DNA of 64,000 bases from contig OX597821.1 of assembly GCA_951406725.2 (NCBI GenBank), forward strand, positions 82,646,001 to 82,710,000, read 5' to 3'. The stretch comes from Octopus vulgaris. Taxonomy: Eukaryota. This document shows, one piece after another, positions 1 to 13,430 of this stretch; position 1 is the first letter of the stretch; each line of letters opens with the position of its first letter. A model generated the notes under the pieces. It saw nothing but the letters and a program-made list of their open reading frames with translations, ran no database searches and had not been told where the DNA came from. The position numbers and the translations under genes were made by a program.

Positions 1-167
1 ATACTGTAATAGACCGCATGTTCAAATTTTTAGGAGTAGAGGTATTTAGAGGCCTATTTTTCCTAGTATATACATACACACATACAAAACATATCATTTA
101 GAGTAGTTTTGAATGTATTTTCAGACCCTTCAACATCATCATTCGACATCCACTTTTCCATGCTTAA

Positions 168-390
168 TTCTTTAACATTTAAACCAGCCATATCCAGCCC
201 AAGATTTTCTTCCTGTCTTATGTTCCAACTGGCCAAATCTGGCATCTCACCTATATTTTAACAATGTCATTCAAAACATAAACAACCACATTATAGAAAT
301 TTCAAAACTACAAAGATAATGCATGATTAATTCAAATCAATGTGAATAAATATGTATTACATTTGTCAGAGTTATCTGAATGATAATGGG
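168..390. mobile_element. piggyBac-like MITE (family P1), decayed
   Basis: Flanked by TTAA at 164-167 and 391-394; decayed CCCTTTAGCATT-type ends; reverse-complement match to the copy at 14125-14337; interrupts an RTE-type 3' tail. Confidence 0.7.
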
Positions 391-2744
391 TTAAATGGGT
401 TAGACAGAATTTGTCTATGGCTGGATGCCCTTCCTGTCACCAACCTTCACCTATCGTTTAATGTACACTTTTCCATGCTTGTATGGTCAGGAGTAGCTTG
501 TTGGGGCAAGATTTTTCTACAGTCAGATACCTTTCTTGTCGCCAACCTTCAGATGTTTTCAAGCAAGGTAATATTTTCTCACAGCCAGACATACTTTTCA
601 TGGAAGACTAGAAACAAACGGCTTTGCTCGTATGACAGTGATGCCCATTTACAACCATCACATGATATCTAAACAAAGGTACATACAGACACACATTGGC
701 TAAGACACAAGCTTCTTGATCATAAATTGTTACAAAATTAACAATTTTTCTAGGATTTGTTTACCCTTTTTCCTTTACTGTCTGTCATTGGGCTGTAATT
801 ATGTCTGAGACAATTATATCAACATCAGTTCTTGACTGGTACTCATTTTAACAGACAAAATACCACTGGCCCGGTGTGTTAACGATTCTGCCAGCTCACT
901 TTCTTAGCAAAAAAAATATTACAATGCATTTTTTTGTCAAGCTCTAACTTTTCAGCAACTCACTACATTCTGGGTGTACAATAATTCCAACATAATGAAC
1001 CCCACGTGTATCTTCCTCATCACTTATATTTCAATTGGCTTAAATCTTTTAGTTTTTTTGTAGCACACAAAATAACAAACATACACACAGACCATGATGT
1101 GTACCTGATGTGTTGTTCAGCTGTGTTTGACTGATGTGAATGAAGAAGCATTACATTTGACAGAATAATCTGAATACTAAAGGGTTAAAGTGGTCGAAAT
1201 TTAAACATTCAAACAAAATTTCATACAAATTTATGTTCCAAATTGAAACTAAGGAAGTGTATTTTCAACTTAAATAAGTTAATGAAAGGATTAACAATGA
1301 TAGGTACAGTTTATTACTGAGAAAAATAGGGACATAAGTAAAATGGTAATAGTTTTGTTTGCCTGCAGACAATTCCACTGTCTAAAAGACACATTAGATA
1401 ATGTAGTCCTAGATACACTACTTGAAATTACAGTGGGTTAGTCAATGTGGGAATGTCAAGGATCATCTACTGAATCAAGTGACAAAGAGATAAATAACAG
1501 CTAGAGATGACAGGTATGTGTCCCATGTAACTACGATCAATCTAAATCATTTAGAATAACACCTGGAGAAGGGCACTTACAAAAATGTTTGTTCAGTTGT
1601 ACAAAAATTCAAAGATTCACAATTTTCCTTGGGAAAGACATGGCAGTGGTTTCCTATTCTTTTCCAGTTTACACTGAAGATATCCTACTCTCTCAAATTT
1701 ACTCTTGAAGTACAGCACCTATTTAACCTTTGAACAGAAGGATGGTTCATGTGACATCAGGGTATGTACATGCACTGATAGGATTGTGTGACACAAACAG
1801 GATTATCTTCTGCTATTTGATCCATAACTGCTGCCTTCAAGAGTCACTACCAGCCCAAACTAGAACAAACCTAGGTGGTGAGTAAAAAGTAACTCCATGC
1901 TCTCCAAAACCTCTGATTCCAAGCTGGCACCTCACTACAGGATGCCGTTTATAATGTCCTGCTCAGATCAAAAATGTCAAGTATTGTTCTAACACATCAC
2001 ACACAAACACTTAAAGGCAAAGATAAGTGACACTGATTTGCAGTATGATCCTATTACAACAAAAAAAACTTTTTTAAGACTATTTTCCAAGCTGGAGCTG
2101 GAGTTAACCTTGCAAACCCACAACACTCCTCTCAATGTTGAACTGTTCTCATGGTTCTCTTGTTGGCAATGTTTCATGGCAAGACTCCTTTCTGCCACTT
2201 TTTATGACACAATGATATTGTGTATCTATTCTAACTTAGTGATACGCAATACTTTCCTATTCTACCAGGAAAAACAATTTTTACTCCCTATACTTAAGCT
2301 GAAATTCAAAGACTTGAATGGAAAGAATTTAACAGAATTTTCTAGAAATACTTAGTGGTGGATCTCCATTGCTTGACAAAGCGGACTTAGCTGGTTGATC
2401 AACTGAATTATCTGCTCCTTCCTTTTAACATGTAAGTGACTGAGCATTCCACAGACATGTGTACCCTTAATGTAATTCTCAGACAGAATCTGCATGATAC
2501 AGTGCACATGACAAGGCTGTATCTTTTTGAATTACAGGTATAATCCATCCAATGAGCTTATGCATAGTTTCTGTCTACCCAATTTCACTCACAAGGTATG
2601 GGGCAACCTAAGGCTATAGAAAATCACATTTGCCCAAGATACCATGCAGTGGGATTGAACCCAGAACCTCCCAGTCGTAAAGCAAACTTTAAACCATTTG
2701 GCCATGCAGTACCTTTTTTATAGAAATAGGACAAGTGGTGTTAA

Positions 2745-3365
2745 TATTGGTTTCAAACTTTGGCACAAGGCCACCAATTTTAGGGGAGGGGTAAATCAAT
2801 TATACCGACGACCGCCACCCCTGCCCAGTGCTCATCTGGTACTTATTTTTTTGACCCCAAAAGGATAAAAGGTGAAGTTTACCTCAGTGGAACTAACAAT
2901 ATCAAGATGGACAAAATGCTGCTAATCACTTTGTCCAGCATGCTTACAATTCCGCCAACCTGCTCGTTTTAGTTGGTGTTTGAGCTGACAGAATCATTTG
3001 CACAAACTGGACAAAATGCTGAGCAGCATTTCATCTGTCTTTGCATTTTGAGTTCAAATTCAGTCAAGGTCAACTTTGCCTTTTATCTTTTTGGGGTCAA
3101 CAAAATAGGTACCAGCTGAGCACTGGGGTTGAAACTAATATTCCTACCTCATGTAAGGTATCAAGCAGGCAGAATTGTTAGCATGCTGAAAAAAAATGCC
3201 CTGTGGCATTTCTTTTAGCTCTTTAATTCTGAGTTCAAATACCAGGGTCAACTTTGCCTTTCATCTTTTAGGGGTCAATAAAATGAAGTAAGTTTGGAGT
3301 AAATATAATCAATTAGTCCCACTTCCTCTAAAATTGCTGGACTTGCACAAAAACCTGAAACAATA
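2745..3365. mobile_element. Cluster of three SINE family B copies (one minus, two plus)
   Basis: Repeats of gagttcaaatt (B box)...actttgcctttcatc-ttt-ggggtc-ataaaat-agtaccag; tail ttgtgccaaaatttgaaacc; first copy is inverted relative to the next two. Confidence 0.8.
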
Positions 3366-3921
3366 TTAGTATTTCATGCACAGATTATATAATACTGCAA
3401 ATACAACTGAAATAGTTGACATTTCATCCGTATGAGGAGTGGGGAAGCTTTTTTTTAGCAATCCTTTACATTTCTTACATAAAATTTGACAAGTATAAAA
3501 CTTTAATTCCTGTATGTATCTTTACAATATTAGTAATTCTCATGATACAAATTCAACAGCCTCCAACCACATCTAACACTAATATCCACATTTAAAGACA
3601 GTTGACATACAATTTGCAGGCTGTATCAGGCATCTACCATATAATTATAACTTAAAAGATGCTATGCTTGTAATTATATGTTGCATAGTAAATAGTATAT
3701 AATTACTGTGATAATAATTACAAAATTTGTAGATTTGAGACCAGTGAAAATTATGCATATAATTTTAGATAGGTGATTCTAACTAGCTGCTGTGGACCTC
3801 CAGAGATTCTACGATTCTACAGTCAGTCACTGTACTGTACTGGGTAGGAACAGAGCTGAATTTCATTCACACCGTATGCTACGATCTTAAAAAGAGGACA
3901 CGTTAGATAATGTAATCTTAA

Positions 3922-4141
3922 TCCTTCTGATACCAACCCACCTGAGACTACCCCTGTCTCTGATACAAACTTCAAATTTTAAAGTGATCTAAATTTAAAT
4001 CTCCCATAAGAAATTTATGTTAATTCATATTTCAAACACCAGCTTAATAGTGAAAAAGTTATGATTACACTTAATTCTTCAGTGGTTTCAAAATTAACTG
4101 AAACAAAAGCAGTGTGTTCCAACTGGAGCATAACAAAAGGG
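3922..4141. mobile_element. piggyBac-like MITE (family P2)
   Basis: TTAA at 3918-3921, right end aaaaggg followed by tttaa; related partial copies near 1190-1293 and 29700-29911; interrupts a family F repeat. Confidence 0.6.
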
Positions 4142-4718
4142 TTTAAATGTATTATGTTTGGAAAAGGGTAATGAGATCATCACTGAAAGGCATTTGATCA
4201 AGGGGTGAAGAGAGAGAGACAGAGGGAGGGAGAGAGAGTGAGAGAGAACTGCTACTTTAGGAAACATATAGGTGGTTGTGTTTAAGAAGCCTGCTTTGCA
4301 ACCATATGATTTCAGGTTCAGTCCCACTTTGTGGTACTTTGGGCTATTATAGCCCTGAATCAATTAGTGCCTTGTGAGTGAATTTGGTAGACAGAAACTG
4401 TGTGTGTGTAATATATGAATGCATATGTCTTTGTGTTTGCCCAAGCACCACTGCTTGATAACTGGTGCTGGGTTTTTTCTCTCCCTGTAACTTAGGTGAG
4501 AAGCAGTTATGGGTTTGCAATAAGAAGTGCATCTGGAAGTAAATAATGCCTCAATTACATGCTCATGAAACTCGTGCAAGTGTGGGAAAACAGACATAAA
4601 AAGCAAAGGAAGATGAAGCATCCATACAGTCACTAGGTCAGCTGGAGTTAACCAAATCGCACTCAAACTAGTCCCGACAATTAAAGATGGCTCTGTAAAA
4701 AAGCTTTGACCAAGTAAG

Positions 4719-4759
<41 letters not shown>

Positions 4760-5636
4760 TCATTGCTTGCACCACAGCCCATCACATGGATCATCATTAG
4801 CAGTCCTACCACCACCACCACCACCACAACAAGAAACTAATTAGGAACATGAAACAGCTCATAAAGGCTGGTGGTATTATAATTTGTGAAAATGGAAACC
4901 TGTTGAATAATAAATGTATTCATTGCTAATAAAAATAGAAATAGGGGAGTGGACTGGGGCCAAGGGAGAAGAGAGGGAAATGTGGGATCAACAGATAAAA
5001 TCGGTGATGTTCGTAGGAGGTGATGTGCAGTAGGAAGTTGATTAAACTATAATAAAACACTAAACAGCTTGCTAGTGGTAGGGAAAATGGAGTGGGATGG
5101 AGTGTAAAGATGTTGCAAAAGTTATAGCCAACAATTTTGGATAAAATTCATCCCACACATATATATTTAACAACCACTTTTCCATGATTGCAAGGGTCAG
5201 ACAGAATTTGCTGAAGCAGATTTTCTACAGCTGGATGTCCTTCCTACCACCGACATTCACATGTTCCCAAGAAAATTACACACACACACACACACATTTA
5301 TGTATGTGTGTGTGTGTGTAGATAGACAGACAGACAGAGTTCAAATTAACAAAAAACAAGATATGAAAACAGGTGAAGGAACAACAAATGGGTGTGTTAG
5401 TTTGATGCTCACAAAGAATGGAAAAGTCCTTGAGGTTTCAATCCTATGCTCTTCAACAGAAAGGAATGAGGTGGGGAAAATGGAGAGAGAAAAAAATGCA
5501 AAGGGATTAACAGTTCAACATCATGATACATACCTAACCAGTAGGGTAGCATCATTCAAAAGCTAAGATGATGCAAAGCACATTGTGACCAGCGATGTAT
5601 AACATCCGATAGTCTGGTTGATCACATGATCATGTG

Positions 5637-5667
<31 letters not shown>

Positions 5668-5989
5668 TATGAGGAAGTTGCTATTCATATAAGAAAAACA
5701 AATATTTTTTTTTACAATATTCCACCAAAACATATCTGACCACTGAAGTGTTTCTCTTATAGAGAACCAGAGGAATTATCAACTTGCTTGGAAACAGGTT
5801 GGTGACAGGAAGAGCACCAGGCCATATAAAAAAAAAAAAAAAAAAATCACCCCACAAGATTTTGTGTAACCCATGCTATTCATGGAGAAGCAGATGTTAA
5901 AATGTGTGTGTTTGTGAGTGTGTTTGCTTACAAACATGTACCCCTGTTTTGTGTTGCTCCAGTCTGCTAAGAAGTCACACAACTCTACC

Positions 5990-6930
5990 ACAATGTGTCA
6001 TCAGATGAAAGGATGCGCCTGTATGAGCAGAAGACTATGCATGGATATGTTAGTAAGATGAGAGTAACATCGATCATCAAGGACCAATAACCGGAATTAC
6101 TACCTCCCACTTTGAAGGGTATGCGTTTGCAATCCAGGAACAGGAAATAACCTGGTACCTGATGCACAAAAGGGATAGAGATGCAGGAAAAGCAGTAAAA
6201 CATGGCAACCGATGCAGACTTTGTGGAGTTAACACCGAAGATATTACTCACATCATAAACAGTGGTCCGAAAATGTCATCACGGTATTATTTACTGATGA
6301 GACATGATATTGTAGATAGGACACTCTATAATGAAATCAGAACCCACGGTATGGTAGAAGCCATAACACTCATAATAAAAAGGAGTACTGGTGGAATGTA
6401 CCAGTGAAGACCTCAATAAAATGTAAGCACAACAGACCTGATATAATGATTTGGGATAGAGGAGAGAAACTGTGCACTAAAGATCAGTGAAAAAGAGAAC
6501 ACCTACGCTGAACTATTGAGAAATCTGCAGTTATTCTATCTAGATTACAAGTTCAGGTTTATACCTGTAATTATTGGGGCCCTGGGATATGTAACAGCCT
6601 AAGTACCAATCTTGAGAAATCAGGCTTCTCAAAACCAGAAAGGAGAAAGCTAATTCGAAGACTACAGATCCACTCCATCACTGGAACTGTAGAATTCTGT
6701 ATAATTTTCCAGAAGTTTATCATTTAAATATATATGAGCATGTCTAGATGTGCAATTATATGCATGAGAATACATACATAAAGTGAAACATACAAATCTG
6801 CAAGTATACATACATAAAATACCCTGTTGCTGCTGATGTTGAAATTCTATTGAAGGAGCCTTGAATCTAGGTTAGAAACTGGCTCTTCCTCTATTGGCAA
6901 GAAATCTTGAAATAAAACTGAACAATGGCA
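5990..6930 (+). mobile_element. 5'-truncated R4/Dong-like (restriction-like endonuclease) non-LTR retrotransposon, frameshifted
   Basis: Across frameshifts it reads QKTMHGY...FEGYAFAIQEQEI...CRLCGVNTEDITHIINS (CCHC knuckle, last C lost)...RHD...YWWNVPV...HNRPDIMIWD...KENTY...IPVIIGALG, with the stop at 6725-6727; a ~200-bp 3' UTR containing AATAAA follows. Confidence 0.85.
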
Positions 6931-6949
6931 TGCATGCATACCTATATAG

Positions 6950-8100
6950 GCGGAGGTAATATTTACATCCGCCCCGACATACACTCACACACAAATAAAT
7001 CCTGGAGTTACTCATTCAGAGGAACGTAGTAACGTCACCGAGAATAAAGAATAGAAAATGTTAAAAATTCGTGTCAATGCCTTTTTTTATTAATATTATT
7101 TTAATTATCTTTTCACCCAAACCCTTAAAATTTTCAATTTATTTTAATAACAATTTTTTTTCAAAACTGACATTACAATTCTGCCATTTCTTCCTCGAAA
7201 GTTAAGAATAATTTCCGAAATCGAAAATGAAAACGTGACGCAGTTCCGCGCATGACAGACAGAGTGCGTGCGTGTGTGCGCGCGGAAGTGAACGTGCAAA
7301 TTATAAAAGCTTTATTCTTCAATATGTAAATATAATTTATTGAGAAAGAAATTGAAAGAACAAAAATAGTAATGAATTTCTCTCAAAAAAACTATTAATT
7401 AAAGACTTGTTGCTTGTCTTTCTGAGCGCGGATCAAGTGACCGCATTCTTATGCCAGATTTGTTCTTCGCCACGGTTTTCCCAAGCAAAACGAAAGAATA
7501 CTTTTATAATGAATGCCGCCTTTAGATTGAGACTTACTCCGAAAAAAAAAAGGCTCACATGGACACATTGGATAGTTGGTTGCCTGGGAGCCCCTTAAAG
7601 GTCCTAGTGGGGCCTAATACGCGTTTTGTGCTTGTGCATATAAAATGTACAACAATGCCGTTAAGACACACAAAACCAAAAATACGGCATTTATGTCTCA
7701 TGCCGCTCGGATGATTGTTTTGCTATACTTAACTTTTTCATTTCCGATTTCTAAAGATTATTTTCAAGTTCTGATGACTAAAAAAGGATAAGGCAGAATC
7801 ATAATGATCGGTTTTTAAAACAAATTAAAAAGTAAAGGAAACTCATAAAAACTACAAATCAGAGAATCTCGAAGGGAAGGGAATTTTTAAAAAAAACTAA
7901 AATTCTTTTTTTTAATTGTAAATCTTTAAGTTTCTAAACCATAAAGCCGAAAATCTGTGGGGGGAAAAAGTTACGACCGGTGAATGGTGCTTAGATCAGA
8001 ATTCCGCTTCATACATTCTGTATACGCACACACACAATGAAAGATTTCATAACAGAAACTTTTCGTTTTCAGTTTCGAAAATATATTTTGAAAAAAATTG
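6950..8100. promoter_or_regulatory. CpG-enriched promoter-like region 1
   Basis: Visible CpG excess and few SINEs compared with the flanks; ETS-type CGGAAGTG at 7283-7290 next to GTGCGCGC; YY1-like GCCATTT at 7183-7189; minus-strand donor-like sites at 7011, 6988 and 7537. Confidence 0.55.
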
Positions 8101-8771
8101 GGAGCAGAATCTTAAGTCTGCCATTTCAAACACAGAAATTAAAACAAATGGATAGAAATTTCGTAAAAAGTTTTGTTCTTCTTTGCTAAATGGTGATAGA
8201 AAATTTCATAAAATGAATTTTCTTCACGTTGAAAACATATCTGAAGAAATTGGTGAAAAAGATCCCAAAAGTGTTATGGTCCGTTATATTGTGCTCTGAC
8301 AACTATTTGACCGTAACATCTAAAACAAACTAAAAGAACTCTATACATTTATATGACACACGTGTATGTGTGCGTGTGTATACATGTGTGTAAATACATT
8401 AAGTATATTATATGTATATATATATACACACACATATACACTCACGCACGCGTACACAGTGGTCGTGTGCATACTTGTGCTCGCACGCGCGAATGTTTCA
8501 TCTTTTAGGATGAAGTACAAAGAAAAAAATTTACTGCTCTGGGGGTTTGGAGGATTTTTTTTTTTTCGTTTACATGAAAGATGATATTGTATAAATTATT
8601 TCTATTTATGATCATGAATAAAGCATGAAATATATTTCGTGGAAAATATCTCGGTAAGAAATAATCAAGTGAATGGATGGATACGTTAAATAAATGGCGG
8701 TGATTGAATGTTTGAGAAGTTGAAATTATGGATTGCAAAATTATCACCTCCAACATACCAAAACCTCATTT

Positions 8772-8992
8772 TCACCATTACTACTACTACTACTACTCCC
8801 ACCACACATCACTATCCTCTCGCCATACCACCACCACCATCATCACCACTGCCACCACGATTACTACTACTACTACTACTACTACCACCACACATCACTA
8901 TCCTCTCGCCATACCACCACCACCATCATCATCACCATCATCACCACTGCCACCACGATTACTACTACTACTACTACTACCACCACCACCAC
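8772..8992. repeat. Compound (TAC)n/(CAC)n/(CAT)n array with a duplicated ~83-bp higher-order unit
   Basis: ccaccacacatcactatcctctcgccataccaccaccaccatcatc...actgccaccacgattactactac occurs twice in tandem. Confidence 0.95.
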
Positions 8993-10570
8993 TTCATCTC
9001 CACACTACACCTATATTGTATATCCTTTTAAAATATGCTTTCTCTGAAAACTAAATATAAAAAAATGTTAGAAATGGATAGATTTTGTCTTTTTTTTTCC
9101 TTCGGGATTGTTAAGACTGTGGAAGATATCTGTATGAGAACATTCTTTTGGTGAAACACAGTGAAAGAAAGAGGTGTGGGGGAAGGGAAGGAAGAAAAAA
9201 ATTGTTAAAAATGAAGAGAGCAGAGAAGTATATTTAATGGAGCTAAATTGAGAGACCAGTTAACAAAACATATTACTTTCACTCTGACAGAAAAAATATC
9301 AACTGAAAACTGAAGTGAAGGAAAAAATAGAATAGCTAAAGAAAGTAAAGATGCAAATATAAAAAAAAGCAAGGAAGTAAAGAAAAAATGAAAGAGAATG
9401 AAATAAAATCCTTCTTACCATGATTCCATGTAAACATCCATGAAATTTTAGTGATTTCGTTTTCAAACAGGCTTAACAGTGACCATTTTAGACAAAGAAA
9501 AAAACACCCTCAGATTATCTACCAAAATTTTAAAGATTGTTTAGTTTTAAAAAATTTCCTTTACTGACCCATCATGAAAGGAGAAGCACTATCAAGACAA
9601 TGTTTGCCCAGTGAAACAATCCTAACTGTAGTGGTTTGATTTAGGCCAGAAATGACCATTAGAAAATGAGGACAACTGATGTCCAGTAGATCTAATAATC
9701 CATTATAACTTAAGTGATTTATTTCAGGCCAGAACATTGACCATTATGACAGAAATAAGATACTACTCTAATGTCTGTCCAGCAACTAACCAAGTAAAGG
9801 TGGTGATTGAAATAAGAGTGTTCACATCTCCTCCAGTTAGAGTTTGAGAACTTAAAACTAGATCAAACTGACAAATCAGATAAAAATGATTGTGATGGTC
9901 CCATTGACACTACCACTACATTCCAGGGCACTATAATAGTCTGGCCTGCCTACTCCAGCCACTCAACTGGACACAATGACTTGCTGCTAGGATTGCTGGT
10001 GGTGTTTTGTTTTGTTCAAAGCCAGCTATCTACCCAAATAGAGGTCACATCTTATCCTAACTGACCCAGTCAGTCAGGACAACATGTGCTTGGTTACTCT
10101 TGCTACCAACCAACAGCTTTATGGTGAGAAACCTAGCTGACTGGCTTAGCTAGCTGGCAGGCTGGTTACTTCAAAATGTACAAATTGTTAACTGTTAACT
10201 TTACTACTCATTTAAAATAGCCATTACTATTACTATCATTATTAGAAATTTTATTATTGTTATCAAACATTATAACTATAATTATTAAAGCCTTACAGCT
10301 TAATTAGTAACAAACAAAACAAGAACAATTACTATTATAGCTATCATTATTATTACTAATATTATAACAAATGTTATTGACTTCTTACCTTGGTACAAGA
10401 TAAGAAATTTTAAATATTTTTGACATTCATGACTTACTTTCAGCAATGTCAGTGAAATGAATGAATTCAAACAAAATAATAATCATCACTATTTTAAAGA
10501 TAATTAATAATTTCAATTATCAAACTTCAAAATGAAGCAGAAAAAAGAACTTTCCAAATGATTTTACTAT

Positions 10571-10960
10571 TACTCTTTTACTTGTTTCAGTCATTTGACT
10601 GCGGCCATGCTGGAGCACCACCTTTAATCGAGAAACTCGATCCCGGGACTTATTCTTTTGTAAGCCCAGTACTTATTCTATCGGTCTGTTTTGCCGAACC
10701 GCTAAGTAACGGGGACATAAACACACCAGCATCGGTTGTCAAGCAATGCTAGGGGGACAAACACAGACACACAAACACACATATATATACATATATACGA
10801 CAGGCTTCTTTCAGTTTCCGTCTACCAAATCCACTCACAAGGCATTGGTCGGCCCAGGGCTATAACAGAAGACACTTGCCCAAGATGCCACGCAGTGGGA
10901 CTGAACCCGGAACCATGTGGTTGGTTAGCAAGCTACTTACCACACAGCCACTCCTGCGCC
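10571..10960 (-). mobile_element. SINE family A (tRNA-headed, internal TA/CA microsatellite), young full-length copy
   Basis: Minus strand starts GGCGCAGGAGTGGCTGTGTGG (A box)...GGTTCAGTCC (B box) and ends GACTGAAACAAGTAAAAGAG; near-identical to copies at 20788, 36277 and 37837. Confidence 0.95.
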
Positions 10961-11269
10961 TATAATCATATTTTTTTAACTTCATAAATTTGTATACACA
11001 AGTATAGAATGTATGTTTATATTTTCTTGAAGTGAACAAGGATGAAAACAATATTTAAAAAGTGAATAAAGACAGATACTAGGTATTTGTTTTCAAAGTT
11101 TAGAAAATATTCATAATTTCATAAGTAAGCAAAAGACAATACATTTGTGGAGAGAGTAAAAGCAATTAAATTAATGCCAGATTAATAGATTATTCTATCA
11201 CCATTTGAGAATATAATATAAAGATATATTCTTCATTCAATCCTTCAGACAAAGAAAAAATTCTGCATT

Positions 11270-11632
11270 CACTACCATGTCTCTTTTCCATCTGGAGTAA
11301 CCATGTGTGGCTCCTACAGCAAGACATGTTCCTGTCCCTCTATCATATTTTAATCTCTCGTCACTAGCATAAAGCCAGCTTTCCCAATACTTCTTCCCCA
11401 CTCGTTTGAGGGGGTCTTGCCTTGCAAATTACTTGGTGCCCTCACTGGAGCCAGCATCATGCAAAAAGAACCCAGTACACTCTGTCAAATGGTATGTGTA
11501 AAGAAGAGCATCTAGCCATAGAAACAATGCCAAAGAAGACACTGGAGCTTAAGGCAGTCTTCTGGTTTGCTAGCATCTGTCATGCCATCCAATCTATGCC
11601 AGCATGGAAAAGAGACATTAAACAGTGATGAT
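11270..11632 (+). mobile_element. RTE LINE 3' UTR remnant
   Basis: Diverged ...catctagccatagaaac...tgccagcatggaaaagagacattaaacagtgatgat tail, matching 32400-32570. Confidence 0.65.
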
Positions 11633-11826
11633 AATTATCATCATCATTTTATATCTGCTTTCTATGCTGACATAGACTGAAAAGGTTGTTCCAATCCAAG
11701 TCAGTTCTTTCTACTCTTAGATGGTTCAAAGGATCACGTCTCCTTTATACATTCCATTTTGGCATGGTTTCTCTGGTTATTTCCTGATGCTAACCACTTT
11801 ACAATATAGTCGGTTCGTTTTATAGC

Positions 11827-12001
11827 ACTCTTTTACTTGTTTCAGTCATGTGACTGTGGCCATGCTGGAGCACCACATTTTTTAGTCGAGGAAATCGACC
11901 CCAGGACTTATTCTTTGTAAGCCTAGTACTTATTCTATCGGTCTGTTTTGCCGAACCGCTAAGTTACGGGGACGTAAACACACCAGCATCGGTTGTCAAG
12001 C
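11827..12001 (-). mobile_element. SINE family A, 3' half, nested in an RTE tail
   Basis: Closely matches 10571-10745; agcact appears on both sides. Confidence 0.9.
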
Positions 12002-12377
12002 ACTAGAGAGATTTTCATGTCATCAGCAAAACTAAGGAGTCCTCTCCACCTATGCTGTCTCCATTAGTTCAAGGCAAACATGGCTAAGACTGAACAAAAA
12101 TGAAAATGATAAAAGAAAGAGCATAAATATGAGGGCAATGAGGAAGAAACAGACTGACTGAAGAGAGAACCAGAAGAAGGGAATCGTAGAAGAGAGAGAG
12201 ACAATGGTAGACAGCTACGTTCTAGTTGTTAAGGAGATGGAATAGAAATGTAGTATTAGTGGTGTAATATGGGAAAAGGGAATGGAAGGAGTTGACAGGG
12301 TAATGAAAGGAATGGGGTATAAAATGAAAATTTTAAAGGAAACGAATAGTGTAGTTGAAGGAGGGATAATAATAGAG

Positions 12378-12562
12378 CAGAGCTCCACAACCTCTTTTCA
12401 CTTGCAGTACACTTCTATTCTTCTCAAAATTCGGCAGCACACCTGAACTAAAAATATAACTAAAAGAATAGGGAAATAGTTATATTCAGGCCACACTGCA
12501 ACACACCTAGCATCGTCTCACAGCACCCCAGTGTGCCACGGCATACTGGTTGCAGAGCACTG
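12378..12562. mobile_element. hAT (Charlie-type) MITE
   Basis: TIRs cagagctccacaacc / ggttgcagagcactg; 8-bp TSD taatagag / caatagat (6/8 identical). Confidence 0.75.
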
Positions 12563-13008
12563 CAATAGATATAGGCATAGGTAAGAGTGAGAATGACAAA
12601 AGAGAATAACCACCACCATTTTACCAGCTTGCACAGATAGGCAAATCTAACTCATCACCAAATGTCACCACTCATTGCAATTTATTTATCATCTCCTTTG
12701 GGAGGATCAATTTCTTGAGAGCAGCCTTAACCACTTTCTCCCTTGTCTTCCAACAAATCCCACTTCTTCAAATTCTTTCCACTTCTTGCTTTCACAGTTT
12801 CCTTACACAGCTGACATTTTCCATGCATGTCACATGCTCATACCAGAGCAGTCTTTTATTTTACACACATCTGATTCCTAGCTCACCTCATTTATGCTAC
12901 ATTATTCAGTCACACTAACATTACGCGTCCAGCCAAAATAGAAGGCAGAAGCCCAAGGAGCCATGCAGTGTAACTGAACCAGAGACCATATGGTTGGGAA
13001 GCATATAT

Positions 13009-13430
13009 CTCATGGAGGCAAAGTGGTCCAGTTCCTTTTGAGTGTTGGGCCTCACGGAGGCAAAGTGGCAGATTTCATTTTGAGCATTGGGCCGCACGGA
13101 GGCAAAGTGGCCGAGTTCCTTTCAAGTATTGAACTTCACAGTGGCAATGACCAAGACCTTTGGCATAATGTCGTGCTTGAGAAGAAGACCTGTCAAGATT
13201 AGCAAAATCGCAGTTGTGGCAGATACTAGTGTCATGCAAATAACACCTGTGCTGGTGGTACGTAAAAGCACCCATTACACTCTCAGAGTGGTTGGCGTTA
13301 GGAAGAGCATCCAGCCATAGTAAACTGTACCAAATCAAACGGGAGTCTGGTGCAGCCTTCCAGCTTGCCAAACTGTCTAAACCATGCCAGCATGGACAAC
13401 AGATATTAAATGACGATGGTGATGATGATA
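13009..13430 (+). mobile_element. RTE LINE 3' end preceded by three tandem 42-bp units
   Basis: Three units of ctcacggaggcaaagtgg...ttgggc (13009-13134) run into the RTE ORF end and 3' UTR, which ends in a (GAT)n-like tail. Confidence 0.8.

Noticed and set aside
601-622. miR-7-like tggaagactag
   Set aside because: The match stops after 11 nt and lies inside an RTE-type repeat.
1581-1674. Minus-strand exon with a gtaagt donor (VNWKRIGNHCHVFPKENC...)
   Set aside because: The acceptor lacks a polypyrimidine tract and the peptide has no recognisable homology.
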